Part shown: positions 48,173 to 56,753 of the stretch, one piece after another | Layout of the letters: every line of letters starts with the position of its first letter | Position numbering within the stretch: the first letter of the stretch is position 1 | DNA from: Candidatus Omnitrophota bacterium | Lineage (GTDB): Bacteria > Omnitrophota > Gorgyraeia > 2-02-FULL-51-18 | Length of the DNA stretch: 64,000 bases | Direction: 5' to 3' | Assembly (NCBI GenBank): GCA_945877765.1 | Contig: CAMDWQ010000012.1 | Coordinates: 1 to 64,000 of the forward strand | Made by a program: the position numbers and the translations under genes | The notes under the pieces: model-generated | What the model was told of the DNA's origin: nothing | Databases searched by the model: none | Seen by the model: the letters and a program-made list of their open reading frames with translations, nothing else

Positions 48173-49079
48173 GTTCAGCCTGGCGGATGACTTCCATCAT
48201 ATCTTCTGGTATTGCGCTTTCAAATTGCATCAGCTTCCCTGATTTTGGATGCGAAAACTCAATTTTTGAGGCGTGTAAACACAGCCGGTCTCCCGGTTTG
48301 CCCGAACCATAAATCACATCCCCCACCACCGGATATCCCAAGCGCGTCATATGGACGCGAATCTGGTGAGTTCTTCCTGTGACAATGCGCACCGCCAAGA
48401 GCGTGGTATAAGGAAAACGCTTTAAAACTTTATAATACGATTCAGCTTCGCGTGCTTTTTCATTGTGAGAAACCGCCATTTTCCCGCGTATCTTTGGGTC
48501 ATGAAAAATGGGCTCCAGGATACGCCCTTCCTCAAACTCAACGCGCCCCTTGACCAGGGTGGTGTAGGTTTTGGACAGGCTGCGGGACATAAACTGCGCT
48601 TGAAGCTGCCGATGAGCAAGATTATTTTTAGCAACCAGCAAAATCCCTGAAGTGTCCTTATCCAGCCGATGAACAATCCCCGGCCTCTCTTTTCCGCCGA
48701 CGGAGGAAAGATTGGCGCTGTGGCCCACCAGCGCGTGAACGAGCGTGCCCTTTTTATTGCCAGCGCCCGGATGGACGACCATTCCCGCGGGCTTTTCCAC
48801 CACCAGCATGGACGCATCCTCAAAAAGAATTTTAAGAGGGATGCTTTCCCCTTTTATTTCAAAAGGAGCTTTCGGGATAAGATTGGCTTCGATGCGATCC
48901 CCTTGATTGACGGCATCGCGTGGGCGAGCCGTTTTTCCATTGAGCAATATCTTGTTTTCACCCATCGCAATTTTAATTTCTTCGCGCGAAAATTGGCCAT
49001 CCAGGACCTGCGCTAAATAGGCGTCAATTCTTTTGGGGACGTAAATCAAAGGGACTTCATGCTTAAACAAAAAGCTCAT
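48132..49079 (-). CDS. RluA-family pseudouridine synthase, RluD-like (start re-called to MSFLF)
   Basis: S4-like N-terminus, VHRLDKDTSG, TGRTHQIR. Confidence 0.92.
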   Translation of the reverse strand: MSFLFKHEVPLIYVPKRIDAYLAQVLDGQFSREEIKIAMGENKILLNGKTARPRDAVNQGDRIEANLIPKAPFEIKGESIPLKILFEDASMLVVEKPAGMVVHPGAGNKKGTLVHALVGHSANLSSVGGKERPGIVHRLDKDTSGILLVAKNNLAHRQLQAQFMSRSLSKTYTTLVKGRVEFEEGRILEPIFHDPKIRGKMAVSHNEKAREAESYYKVLKRFPYTTLLAVRIVTGRTHQIRVHMTRLGYPVVGDVIYGSGKPGDRLCLHASKIEFSHPKSGKLMQFESAIPEDMMEVIRQAEHEKGPHDSKRQRS

Positions 49080-49807
49080 TTTTGGGTTCTCTGTGAAATC
49101 AAAATTAGTAAAACAGGGACAAAAAATGCCAGGCTCATCCATTGCGGCAATGTCAGAAAAAAATAGTGGCTGTTATCGCCTCTTAAGAATTCCAATACAA
49201 AGCGAAGCATAGAATACAAAAGCAAGTAGACCCAAAAAACTTGCCCCAAACGCCGTGAGGGCGACGCAAAGCGGAAAAGAAATGCCGAAATAATAAATAA
49301 ACCAAGTGCCTCAAAAAGCTGGCTTGGAAAAACAGCGTAAGGCTGATCCGGAAACCGCACCCCCAACACAGAGTTTGTCCTAAGTCCATAACAGCACCCG
49401 TTAAAAAAACAACCGATTCTACCAATTCCATGCGCCAGCGCGGCAATCGGTGAAAAAAAATCGCATAATTTTAAAATAGGCCAACCACGCCAACGTAGAT
49501 ACAAAGCCGTTATCAAAATACCTCCAAAAAGGCCGCCGTACCACACAAGGCCGCCTTCTTGAATTCGCAACACAGCCCACCAATCTCCGGCATAATCGTC
49601 AAAATTTTGGACTACATAAAGCGCCCGAGCGCCCATAATGCCCGAAATAAAAAGAACAAACAGTGCATCCGCCGCCATCGTCCGGTCGACACTGAAACGA
49701 GCCGCTCTCTTTTCTGCTAAGACAAGAGAGACCGCCATCGCCATCGCGACAAAAAAGCCATACGAGTAGATCGTGAGTTGCTTAAGCTGAAAAAGAATCG
49801 GATGCAT
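49076..49807 (-). CDS. lgt: Prolipoprotein diacylglyceryl transferase
   Basis: GGLVWYGG, GRIGCF, RFVLEFLR. Confidence 0.95.
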   Translation of the reverse strand: MHPILFQLKQLTIYSYGFFVAMAMAVSLVLAEKRAARFSVDRTMAADALFVLFISGIMGARALYVVQNFDDYAGDWWAVLRIQEGGLVWYGGLFGGILITALYLRWRGWPILKLCDFFSPIAALAHGIGRIGCFFNGCCYGLRTNSVLGVRFPDQPYAVFPSQLFEALGLFIISAFLFRFASPSRRLGQVFWVYLLLYSMLRFVLEFLRGDNSHYFFLTLPQWMSLAFFVPVLLILISQRTQK

Positions 49808-50257
49808 CTATCGTTGCTTTCTGAAAGTGCCTAAAACCACCAAAAATACCCCCACACAGACAAAGGAATCAGCTAAATTAAAAACAGGCCAGACTCGAAA
49901 ATCAAGAAAGTCGATGACGTAACGATAAAGCACGCGGTCGTGAAGATTTCCTAAAGCTCCCCCGACAACCAAAATCCATCCCCAGCGCTGAAGCGGGCGT
50001 AGAGTTTCGTGATAGCGTAGAATACAAAAAAGAATCACCCAAATGGAAATCAGGGTGACCGCCACCAGAATATTTGCGGCTCCAGGGAAGAGCCCAAAAG
50101 CAGCTCCTGTATTATTCACACGAGTCAGATAAAATACACCAGGTATTACAGGATGGGCTTGATGTTCAGGCAAAACCGCAACGACCAACTGCTTTGATAT
50201 TTGATCAGCCAGGTATAAAAAAAAGACAGGTAATAAAAGAAAGTATTTTTTAAACAA
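49808..50257 (-). CDS. lspA: Signal peptidase II
   Basis: NTGAAF, GALGNL.DR, VIDF, FNLAD. Confidence 0.95.
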   Translation of the reverse strand: MFKKYFLLLPVFFLYLADQISKQLVVAVLPEHQAHPVIPGVFYLTRVNNTGAAFGLFPGAANILVAVTLISIWVILFCILRYHETLRPLQRWGWILVVGGALGNLHDRVLYRYVIDFLDFRVWPVFNLADSFVCVGVFLVVLGTFRKQR

Positions 50258-50267
50258 GCGAAACCAA

Positions 50268-50393
50268 AGCAGTTTGCTGAATAAGCCTTATATGCAAGGC
50301 GCGAAGAAGTGAGCGCGGAGACGCTATGGGAATAGCGTCGCACAAGCGAACGACTGAGCAACGCAGCAGATGAGGCTTATTCAGCAAACTGCT
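50268..50393. mobile_element. 126-bp MITE-like element
   Basis: 21-bp perfect terminal inverted repeats AGCAGTTTGCTGAATAAGCCT / AGGCTTATTCAGCAAACTGCT; internal hairpin GACGCTAT..ATAGCGTC. Confidence 0.75.
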
Positions 50394-50769
50394 AGCGTTT
50401 CTTTTTTTCTTGAGATTCCTGGCATGGAACGCAAAGCTCAGCATAAGGAACCGCTTTCAAGCGCGCGACGGCTATTTTTTTATCACAGAGCTCGCACTTG
50501 CCGTAGGAACCATCATCGATTCTTTCCATCGCCGCGTTGATGCGATGAACAACCGCCTGCTCTTTGTCAGCAAGCCCTAGAGAAAACTCGCGGTCGTAGT
50601 TGTCGGTGGCAACATCGGCCATGTGAAGGCTATAAGCGGAAAGGTCTCCGGCGGCGTCACGTTGAGAGGTTTTGAGGGCGTCATCGGCAATGTGCTGGAT
50701 TCCTTTTTGGAGCTCGGCTTTCTTTTTCAAAAGTAACTCTTTGAATGAACTTAGATTCTTTTTTTCCAC
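50392..50769 (-). CDS. TraR/DksA C4 zinc-finger protein (start re-called to GTG)
   Basis: HMADVATD, CELC...RL.AVP...CVPC. Confidence 0.9.
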   Translation of the reverse strand: MEKKNLSSFKELLLKKKAELQKGIQHIADDALKTSQRDAAGDLSAYSLHMADVATDNYDREFSLGLADKEQAVVHRINAAMERIDDGSYGKCELCDKKIAVARLKAVPYAELCVPCQESQEKKKR

Positions 50770-50771
50770 GC

Positions 50772-53564
50772 CTAGACTCCTTTTAACGCATCCATACAAC
50801 GGTGACAGAGCGTCGGATGATCCACATTAATCCCGACGGACTCGCGATGATTCCAGCAACGCTCACATTTTTTTCCGGCGGCCTTTAAAACATTGGTCCC
50901 AATACCCTCGCCAGCCGCGGCGTCTAGCCGAATCTTTACTCCCGAAACAAGAAACAACCCGGGTAAATCTTCACCAAAATATTGCAAAAATTGATGCTCT
51001 TCGGATTTAGAAACAGTTAATTCTACCTCAGCCTCCAACGAATTACCAATTTCTTTTTTCTCACGTTTTTCTTCCAGAGCCTTGAGCACTTTTTCGCGGT
51101 AAATCATCAACTTTTCCCAGGTCCCCTCGATTTCAACCTTCCGCCGAGCGGGTGCCGCTTTGGGCATTGGCTCTAGATGAATGCTACCTGAAAAACCAAC
51201 GGATTTCCAGACCTCCTCAGAAGTAAAACTTAAAATCGGTGCCAAAATCTTTGCCAGACTCGTCAATATCTCATAGAGCACTGTGCGCGAGGAGCGTCCC
51301 GAGGCGGATGAACGCGGGTCGGTATAAAGCCGATCTTTCAACACATCCAAATAAAAAGAAGACATCTCCTTGACGCAGAAATTGTAAACCGCATGATAAA
51401 TCCGGTGGATCTCCCCATTTTCATAGGCGTGGTGAGCCTCCTCTTTCAAAAGCTCCAGCTTTGAAAGTGCCCAGCGGTCCACTTCCAGAAGCTCCTCATA
51501 TTTAAGGGTATCCTGTAGCGGCTGGAAACCGTGAAGGTTGCCCAAAAGATATTTGAATGTGTTTCGGATTTTGCGGTAACCTTCCGCCAGCTGTTTTAGG
51601 CTTTCGCGTGACAGACGGATGTCGTCAGAAGTGTCCGTGGAGGCCACCCACAACCTTAGGATGTCCGCGCCATATTCTTTCATGACTTCCAAAGGTGAAA
51701 GAACATTTCCTTGAGATTTGGACATCTTGCGTCCGTCGCCGTCCACAATAAAGCCGTGAGTCAGCACCGATTCATAAGGCGCCTTCCCAAAGATTCCGCA
51801 AGAGACCAGAAGGGAGCTCTGAAACCAGCCGCGATGCTGATCACTGCCCTCCAGATAGAGGTCCGCCGGATAAGAAAGCGGCTCATTATCAATCAACACG
51901 GAAAGAAAACTAGCGCCCGATTCAAACCACACATCAAGGATATCTTCGCCTTTTTTGAAATCCTTGCCATTGCATTTGGGGCACGAAAATTTTCCACCGG
52001 TCAACTCAGCCGCTGATTTCTTAAACCACACATCAGAGCCTTCTTTTCGAAAGAGTTCGCGGATATGCCGAATCAAGGCCACGTCCAACACCGTTTCATC
52101 GCAAGCGACGCACGTGAATGCGGGAACAGGAATCCCCCAATAGCGTTGTCTGGACAAACACCAATCCGGGCGGGATTCCAACATCCCTGAGATACGGTTA
52201 CGCCCCGACTCGGGAATCCATTTGACTTTTTTAACCGCTTCCAAAAGCTTGCCGCGAAAACCAAATTTATCGACACCCAAAAACCACTGCCGCGTCGCGC
52301 GCGTAATTACAGCGCTCTTGCAGCGCCAACAGCCGGGATACGAATGCTTGATTTCAGACCAGAAAATGAGGTTGTTCTGCGCGATCAGTAGCTCTTGAAT
52401 CCTGGGATTGGCCTTTAGTAAATGAGTCCCCTTAAATTCACCCGCCTCTTCCTTAAATCTTCCCTTGTCATCCACCGGCATCAAAATTGGCAGCCCATAC
52501 TTAAGCCCCGCACGATAATCATCCATGCCATGGCCCGGCGCGATATGCACACAACCCGTTCCATCCTCGCGCGAAACATAATCCGCTGTGATAACACTAG
52601 CGGCACGATCAATAAACGGATGCTGTGCTATCAGCCCCTCTAACTCAGCGCCTGTTTTTTTCAAGACAATCTCATAATCCTCTGGCGATTGAGGCGAAAT
52701 CATCTGCATCAGACCCGCCAGACGCTGTTCAACTACAATCACGATCCCATGGGATTTTGTTTGGACGAAATCATATTCAAAAATAGGATTTAACGCCACG
52801 CCGACATTGGCCAAAAGCGTCCAGGGGGTGGTTGTCCACACCGCAAACGATACCCGGCTATCGGAGATACCCTTAATGCCTTTTTTCGCCAGCTCTTCTT
52901 TGCTGACTGGGAACAAAACATGGATGGAGGGCGAAACATGATTTTCATCGTATTCCAACTCGGCCTCCGCTAGAGCCGTCTCACAAGAAATACACCAGTG
53001 CACCGGCTTCAGGCTCTGGAAAATAAACCCCTTTTCTGTCAAGCGGGCAAACGCGTCAATGACACCCGCCTCAAAATCAGGATTCAGCGTCAAATAAGGC
53101 TTTTCCCAATCCGCCAAAATTCCCAACCGCTTGAACTGCCCCTTCTGCTTTTCGACAAACCCCATGGCGTAATCCCGCGCCTTTTGGCGAAAAATAACCG
53201 GGTCCATTTCGGCCTTGTTGATTTTAAGTTCTTTTAGCAGTTGATGTTCAACGGGAAGCCCGTGGCAATCCCATCCTGGCACAAAAGGCGCGTCCAAACC
53301 TTTCATGTTTTGATATTTGACAAGGATGTCCTTTAAAATTTTATTCAATGCGTGGCCCATATGAATATCACCATTGGCATAGGGGGGACCATCATGAAGG
53401 ATATATTTCTTGCGGCCGAGGGCGCGCTCGCGCAACGCCCCATAAAGATTCTCTTTTTCCCACCGCTCAAGCACCAACGGCTCTCGCTGAGGCAGGTCCG
53501 CCTTCATCGGAAAATCAGTCACCGGAAGATTTAAGCTATCTTTGTAGTTTATTTTTTCAGTCAA
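50772..53564 (-). CDS. ileS: Isoleucine-tRNA ligase
   Basis: DGPPYANG.IHMGH, KMSKS, C-terminal CERCW zinc finger. Confidence 0.98.
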   Translation of the reverse strand: MTEKINYKDSLNLPVTDFPMKADLPQREPLVLERWEKENLYGALRERALGRKKYILHDGPPYANGDIHMGHALNKILKDILVKYQNMKGLDAPFVPGWDCHGLPVEHQLLKELKINKAEMDPVIFRQKARDYAMGFVEKQKGQFKRLGILADWEKPYLTLNPDFEAGVIDAFARLTEKGFIFQSLKPVHWCISCETALAEAELEYDENHVSPSIHVLFPVSKEELAKKGIKGISDSRVSFAVWTTTPWTLLANVGVALNPIFEYDFVQTKSHGIVIVVEQRLAGLMQMISPQSPEDYEIVLKKTGAELEGLIAQHPFIDRAASVITADYVSREDGTGCVHIAPGHGMDDYRAGLKYGLPILMPVDDKGRFKEEAGEFKGTHLLKANPRIQELLIAQNNLIFWSEIKHSYPGCWRCKSAVITRATRQWFLGVDKFGFRGKLLEAVKKVKWIPESGRNRISGMLESRPDWCLSRQRYWGIPVPAFTCVACDETVLDVALIRHIRELFRKEGSDVWFKKSAAELTGGKFSCPKCNGKDFKKGEDILDVWFESGASFLSVLIDNEPLSYPADLYLEGSDQHRGWFQSSLLVSCGIFGKAPYESVLTHGFIVDGDGRKMSKSQGNVLSPLEVMKEYGADILRLWVASTDTSDDIRLSRESLKQLAEGYRKIRNTFKYLLGNLHGFQPLQDTLKYEELLEVDRWALSKLELLKEEAHHAYENGEIHRIYHAVYNFCVKEMSSFYLDVLKDRLYTDPRSSASGRSSRTVLYEILTSLAKILAPILSFTSEEVWKSVGFSGSIHLEPMPKAAPARRKVEIEGTWEKLMIYREKVLKALEEKREKKEIGNSLEAEVELTVSKSEEHQFLQYFGEDLPGLFLVSGVKIRLDAAAGEGIGTNVLKAAGKKCERCWNHRESVGINVDHPTLCHRCMDALKGV

Positions 53565-53579
53565 TTTCTAAGTCCTCAT

Positions 53580-53604
53580 GTCATCCCCGCGAAAGCGGGG
53601 ATCC
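53580..53604. repeat. Short REP/dRS3-like palindrome
   Basis: GTCATCCCCGCGAAAGCGGGGATCC. Confidence 0.65.
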
Positions 53605-53620
53605 GCTTCAATACCAACTT

Positions 53621-53920
53621 CTACTGCAGACGCGCGGCAAATCCCATGAGCGTCTGTACCAGAAATATTTTTAGAAAAAAGATAAAAAGTGCTGCAATCA
53701 TCGGCGAAAGATCAATCCCGATCGAATGAGCCGGCAAAAGCTTGCGAAACGGCGCCAGCACAGGCTCGGTTGCCCGTTCGATAAACTGCACGATAGGATT
53801 GTAAGGATCGGGGTTTACCCAGCTAAGCAGCGCGCGAATGAGAATCATCCACCAATAAATATCAAGCAGATAACCCAGCACTACCGCCGTTGCATGAAAA
53901 AAATTACCCAGCACAAACAT
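53621..53920 (-). CDS. yggT: YggT family membrane protein
   Basis: LSWVNPDPYNP, TEPVL.P.R, IDLSP. Confidence 0.92.
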   Translation of the reverse strand: MFVLGNFFHATAVVLGYLLDIYWWMILIRALLSWVNPDPYNPIVQFIERATEPVLAPFRKLLPAHSIGIDLSPMIAALFIFFLKIFLVQTLMGFAARLQ

Positions 53921-53922
53921 GG

Positions 53923-54783
53923 CTATTTCCCCTCTCTGAGTTCGATGGACCGCCGATGGGCCGCCTTGACGGCATCCTGAATGATCTTCCCAAAACCTTT
54001 TCTCTGAAAAACTTTAAGCGCCGCCTCGGTCGTACCGCCCTTGGAAGCCACTCTAGCAATCAGCGTCTCGGGATCTTCATCGCTCTGCGCAAGAATTTTC
54101 CCGCTGCCAAAAGCCGTTTGATACACCAGCTTCTTGGCCACATCCACCTTCATCCCCATTTCATAGGCCGCTTCAATCATTTTTTCCGTCAGCAAAAAGA
54201 AGTACGCGGGCCCGGAGCCTGATATCGCGGTCACCAGATCAATCATTTTCTCGGGAACCTGCACATATTCCCCCAAGGCCGCCAGTATCGCTTCGGCAAT
54301 TTTGCGGTCTTTTGCCGAGGCATGCTTGCCCAGGCTGTAGGCCGACATCCCCGCGCCAACCAACGCCGGCATGTTGGGCATCACACGGATAATCGCCATC
54401 GGTTTTTTTCCGCCAACACCGGCTCCGCCTCTGACGGACAAATATTCCTCAATTTTTGAAATGGGCACCCCCGCCGCGATCGAAAGAATGAGCGTCTCTT
54501 TGCCCAGGCTGCTGGCCACTTCTGCGATGGCTTCGGGAAGTATCTGGGGTTTGACCGCTAAGATGACGATATCGGCAAGCGAGACACAGTGACGGCTGGT
54601 TTTGGCAATTTTTACCGAGAGCTCTTTTTTGAGCTGCGCCATTTTTTTAGAATCAATGTCATAGATCGAAATATTTTGCGGATAGACGGATTTTTCGACC
54701 AGCCCGCGCGTCAGCGCCTGGCCCATATTTCCCGCACCGAGGATGCTGATCTTAAGCCCCGATAAAATAGATTTTGAGCTCAT
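53923..54783 (-). CDS. proC: Pyrroline-5-carboxylate reductase
   Basis: GAGNMG, LAVKPQ, RVMPN, SGSGPAY, SKGGTT. Confidence 0.96.
   Translation of the reverse strand: MSSKSILSGLKISILGAGNMGQALTRGLVEKSVYPQNISIYDIDSKKMAQLKKELSVKIAKTSRHCVSLADIVILAVKPQILPEAIAEVASSLGKETLILSIAAGVPISKIEEYLSVRGGAGVGGKKPMAIIRVMPNMPALVGAGMSAYSLGKHASAKDRKIAEAILAALGEYVQVPEKMIDLVTAISGSGPAYFFLLTEKMIEAAYEMGMKVDVAKKLVYQTAFGSGKILAQSDEDPETLIARVASKGGTTEAALKVFQRKGFGKIIQDAVKAAHRRSIELREGK
54409..54438. repeat. Degenerate 30-bp in-frame insert in proC, same family as the uvrA insert
   Basis: TCCGCCAACACCGGCTCCGCCTCTGACGGA encodes SVRGGAGVGG. Confidence 0.65.
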
Positions 54784-55463
54784 GCTTTTGGTTCTCCAAA
54801 AATGACATGTCCCAAACGCACCATATTGGACCCCTCTTCAATCGCCGCCTCAAAATCACCGCTCATCCCCATCGAAAGATATTTCATTTCAAAATTTTCC
54901 GCTTTTAGCGTCTTACACACGTTAAAAATACTTTTTAATTTTTTAAAGGACGCTCTCCGCACTTCCATGTCAGGACTGTTCGGCGCGATGCCCATGAGGC
55001 CCAAAACACGCAAATTTGGGAGCGCTATCACAGCGTCCGCAGCGCTATAGATTTCTTCGGGGGCAAATCCATACTTCTGCTCCTCGCCGGAGATGTTGAT
55101 TTCCAAAAGGACGGAGACAATTTGCCCCAGCGCTGCTGCCGCTTCCTGAATTTTCTTGGCCAGTCTCACCGAATCGACCGACTGAATCAATTTAAAAAAT
55201 CCCAGAGCGTCTTTAATTTTATTCGTCTGAAGATGGCCGACCATGTGCCACTCGGCCGGAATTTGCGGTACCTTGATTGCGGCTTCCTGCAACCGATTCT
55301 CAGCAAACACGCCAATCCCCGCTTCCTGAGCCTGCCGAACGGCTTCCAGCGGCGCTCCCTTGGTCACGGCCACGACAGTAATATCTTTAAGCGTGCGGCC
55401 TGACTTGACCGCCGCGGTCTCGATGCGGCCACGCACGCGGCTGATGTTCTCTGCGATGCTCAT
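54780..55463 (-). CDS. yggS: PLP homeostasis protein YggS (start re-called to MSIAE)
   Basis: VAVTK, ENRLQE, WHMVGHLQTNK, SMGMSGD. Confidence 0.95.
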   Translation of the reverse strand: MSIAENISRVRGRIETAAVKSGRTLKDITVVAVTKGAPLEAVRQAQEAGIGVFAENRLQEAAIKVPQIPAEWHMVGHLQTNKIKDALGFFKLIQSVDSVRLAKKIQEAAAALGQIVSVLLEINISGEEQKYGFAPEEIYSAADAVIALPNLRVLGLMGIAPNSPDMEVRRASFKKLKSIFNVCKTLKAENFEMKYLSMGMSGDFEAAIEEGSNMVRLGHVIFGEPKA

Positions 55464-55465
55464 TT

Positions 55466-55654
55466 TTACAGGCCCTGTTTCTCTAATTTTTTGGCCCGCT
55501 GCGCCCAAGTGACTGCAGTCATCGCTACCGCGCCCAACACAAAAACAATGACGCCCAGCAGCAAGCAGACGCCAAAAAAAAGGCCTCTACTTTGAAGGGA
55601 CTTCGGGTCTCCAAAGCAGACAGAGCAGCTATAAAAAAGGGAAGATAGATTCAT
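55466..55654 (-). CDS. Small membrane protein with CxxC, cox-associated
   Basis: CSVCFGDP then one TM helix. Confidence 0.65.
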   Translation of the reverse strand: MNLSSLFYSCSVCFGDPKSLQSRGLFFGVCLLLGVIVFVLGAVAMTAVTWAQRAKKLEKQGL

Positions 55655-55663
55655 GCAAGCACC

Positions 55664-55840
55664 TTACTTTTTAATTTTTGAAATAAACCAGACGAGATAA
55701 CCCGCCAAAAGAATTCCCGTGACACAGGAAAGGACGGAAAGCGAAGCGCTGTTGTTTACCGTGTACTGCCAATAGCCGAAGCCAAATAAAAGTCCCACGC
55801 ATAGAAAAATGAAAGCGATATGAAACGCGCGGAGCGACAT
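55664..55840 (-). CDS. Small 2-TM protein (58 aa), not in the ORF track
   Basis: MSLRAFHIAFIFLCVGLLFGFGYWQY...LVWFISKIKK*; GAGGAG upstream. Confidence 0.65.
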   Translation of the reverse strand: MSLRAFHIAFIFLCVGLLFGFGYWQYTVNNSASLSVLSCVTGILLAGYLVWFISKIKK

Positions 55841-55855
55841 CGTCTTTAGCTCCTC

Positions 55856-56143
55856 TTAAGTATGGTGCAAAGAAGGGGTCGCCAGGAGAAAAGCGAAGAA
55901 AAATACCGTTAGAATCAAAATGAAAATAATGATCTTTTTTTCCGTTGAAAGGTGCATGAAAAATGCCGCCACCAAAGACGCTTTAATGCAGGCAATAAAA
56001 AGCGCCACAGCCACCCCCAATAAAATTGGCATGTGCACATAGGAAATAGCCACGGTCACGACCGTCAGCGCCATGAGTGCAAAAAAAACACGCAGGTACA
56101 GAGTGACTTGTTTTTTGACTTCCACTTCAGAATGTCCGCTCAT
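55856..56143 (-). CDS. Cytochrome c oxidase subunit IV (start re-called to MSGHS)
   Basis: IKASLVAAFFMHL motif. Confidence 0.88.
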   Translation of the reverse strand: MSGHSEVEVKKQVTLYLRVFFALMALTVVTVAISYVHMPILLGVAVALFIACIKASLVAAFFMHLSTEKKIIIFILILTVFFFAFLLATPSLHHT

Positions 56144-56156
56144 GATCTGGCTTCCT

Positions 56157-56753
56157 TTATAAGAGATACAGTGCCGGAAAAAGAAAAATCCAGACCAGAT
56201 CCACGAAATGCCAGTACAGACCCGCTGCCTCAACCCGCCCAGTGAATTGTTCAGGGTTAGTCTTCCACATTTTGCTGCCTGGCAGCAAAAGATACGCATT
56301 GACGATAATTCCGCCAATCACATGAAGCCCGTGAAGGCCAGTGATCACAAAATAGATCGCGTAAAAATTGCTGGTGCTGGGAAAGTGATGATGATCAAAC
56401 TTATGCGCGTACTCAAAACCCTTCACCACCAAAAACGCGATCGCCAAAAGAATCGTGATCGTCATGTACAAGCGGAACTTCGAAAACTTTTTAAGCTCCA
56501 GAGACGCCCAAGACATCACCATGGTCACACTCGAGGTGATCAGAATGACCGTGTTCAGCGTCGCTAAAGGCACGTTCAAAACTTCATGGCCGCGAGGCCA
56601 ATCCGTCACGCCGGTGCGAAGAAGGATGTAGGCCGAAAAAAGGCCGCCAAACAACATCACTTCGGAAGCCAAGAATAGCCAGACACCCAACTTCGAATTG
56701 GTAACGCCGCTGACCGGATGCGGTTCAGAAATATAGTGAATTTCAGCAGACAT
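56157..56753 (-). CDS. ctaE: Cytochrome c oxidase subunit III
   Basis: WLFLASEVMLF, TGLHGLHV, YWHFVDLVW. Confidence 0.93.
   Translation of the reverse strand: MSAEIHYISEPHPVSGVTNSKLGVWLFLASEVMLFGGLFSAYILLRTGVTDWPRGHEVLNVPLATLNTVILITSSVTMVMSWASLELKKFSKFRLYMTITILLAIAFLVVKGFEYAHKFDHHHFPSTSNFYAIYFVITGLHGLHVIGGIIVNAYLLLPGSKMWKTNPEQFTGRVEAAGLYWHFVDLVWIFLFPALYLL

Noticed and set aside
50250-50444. Small ORFs between the dksA-like gene and lspA
   Set aside because: Translations of the MITE sequence
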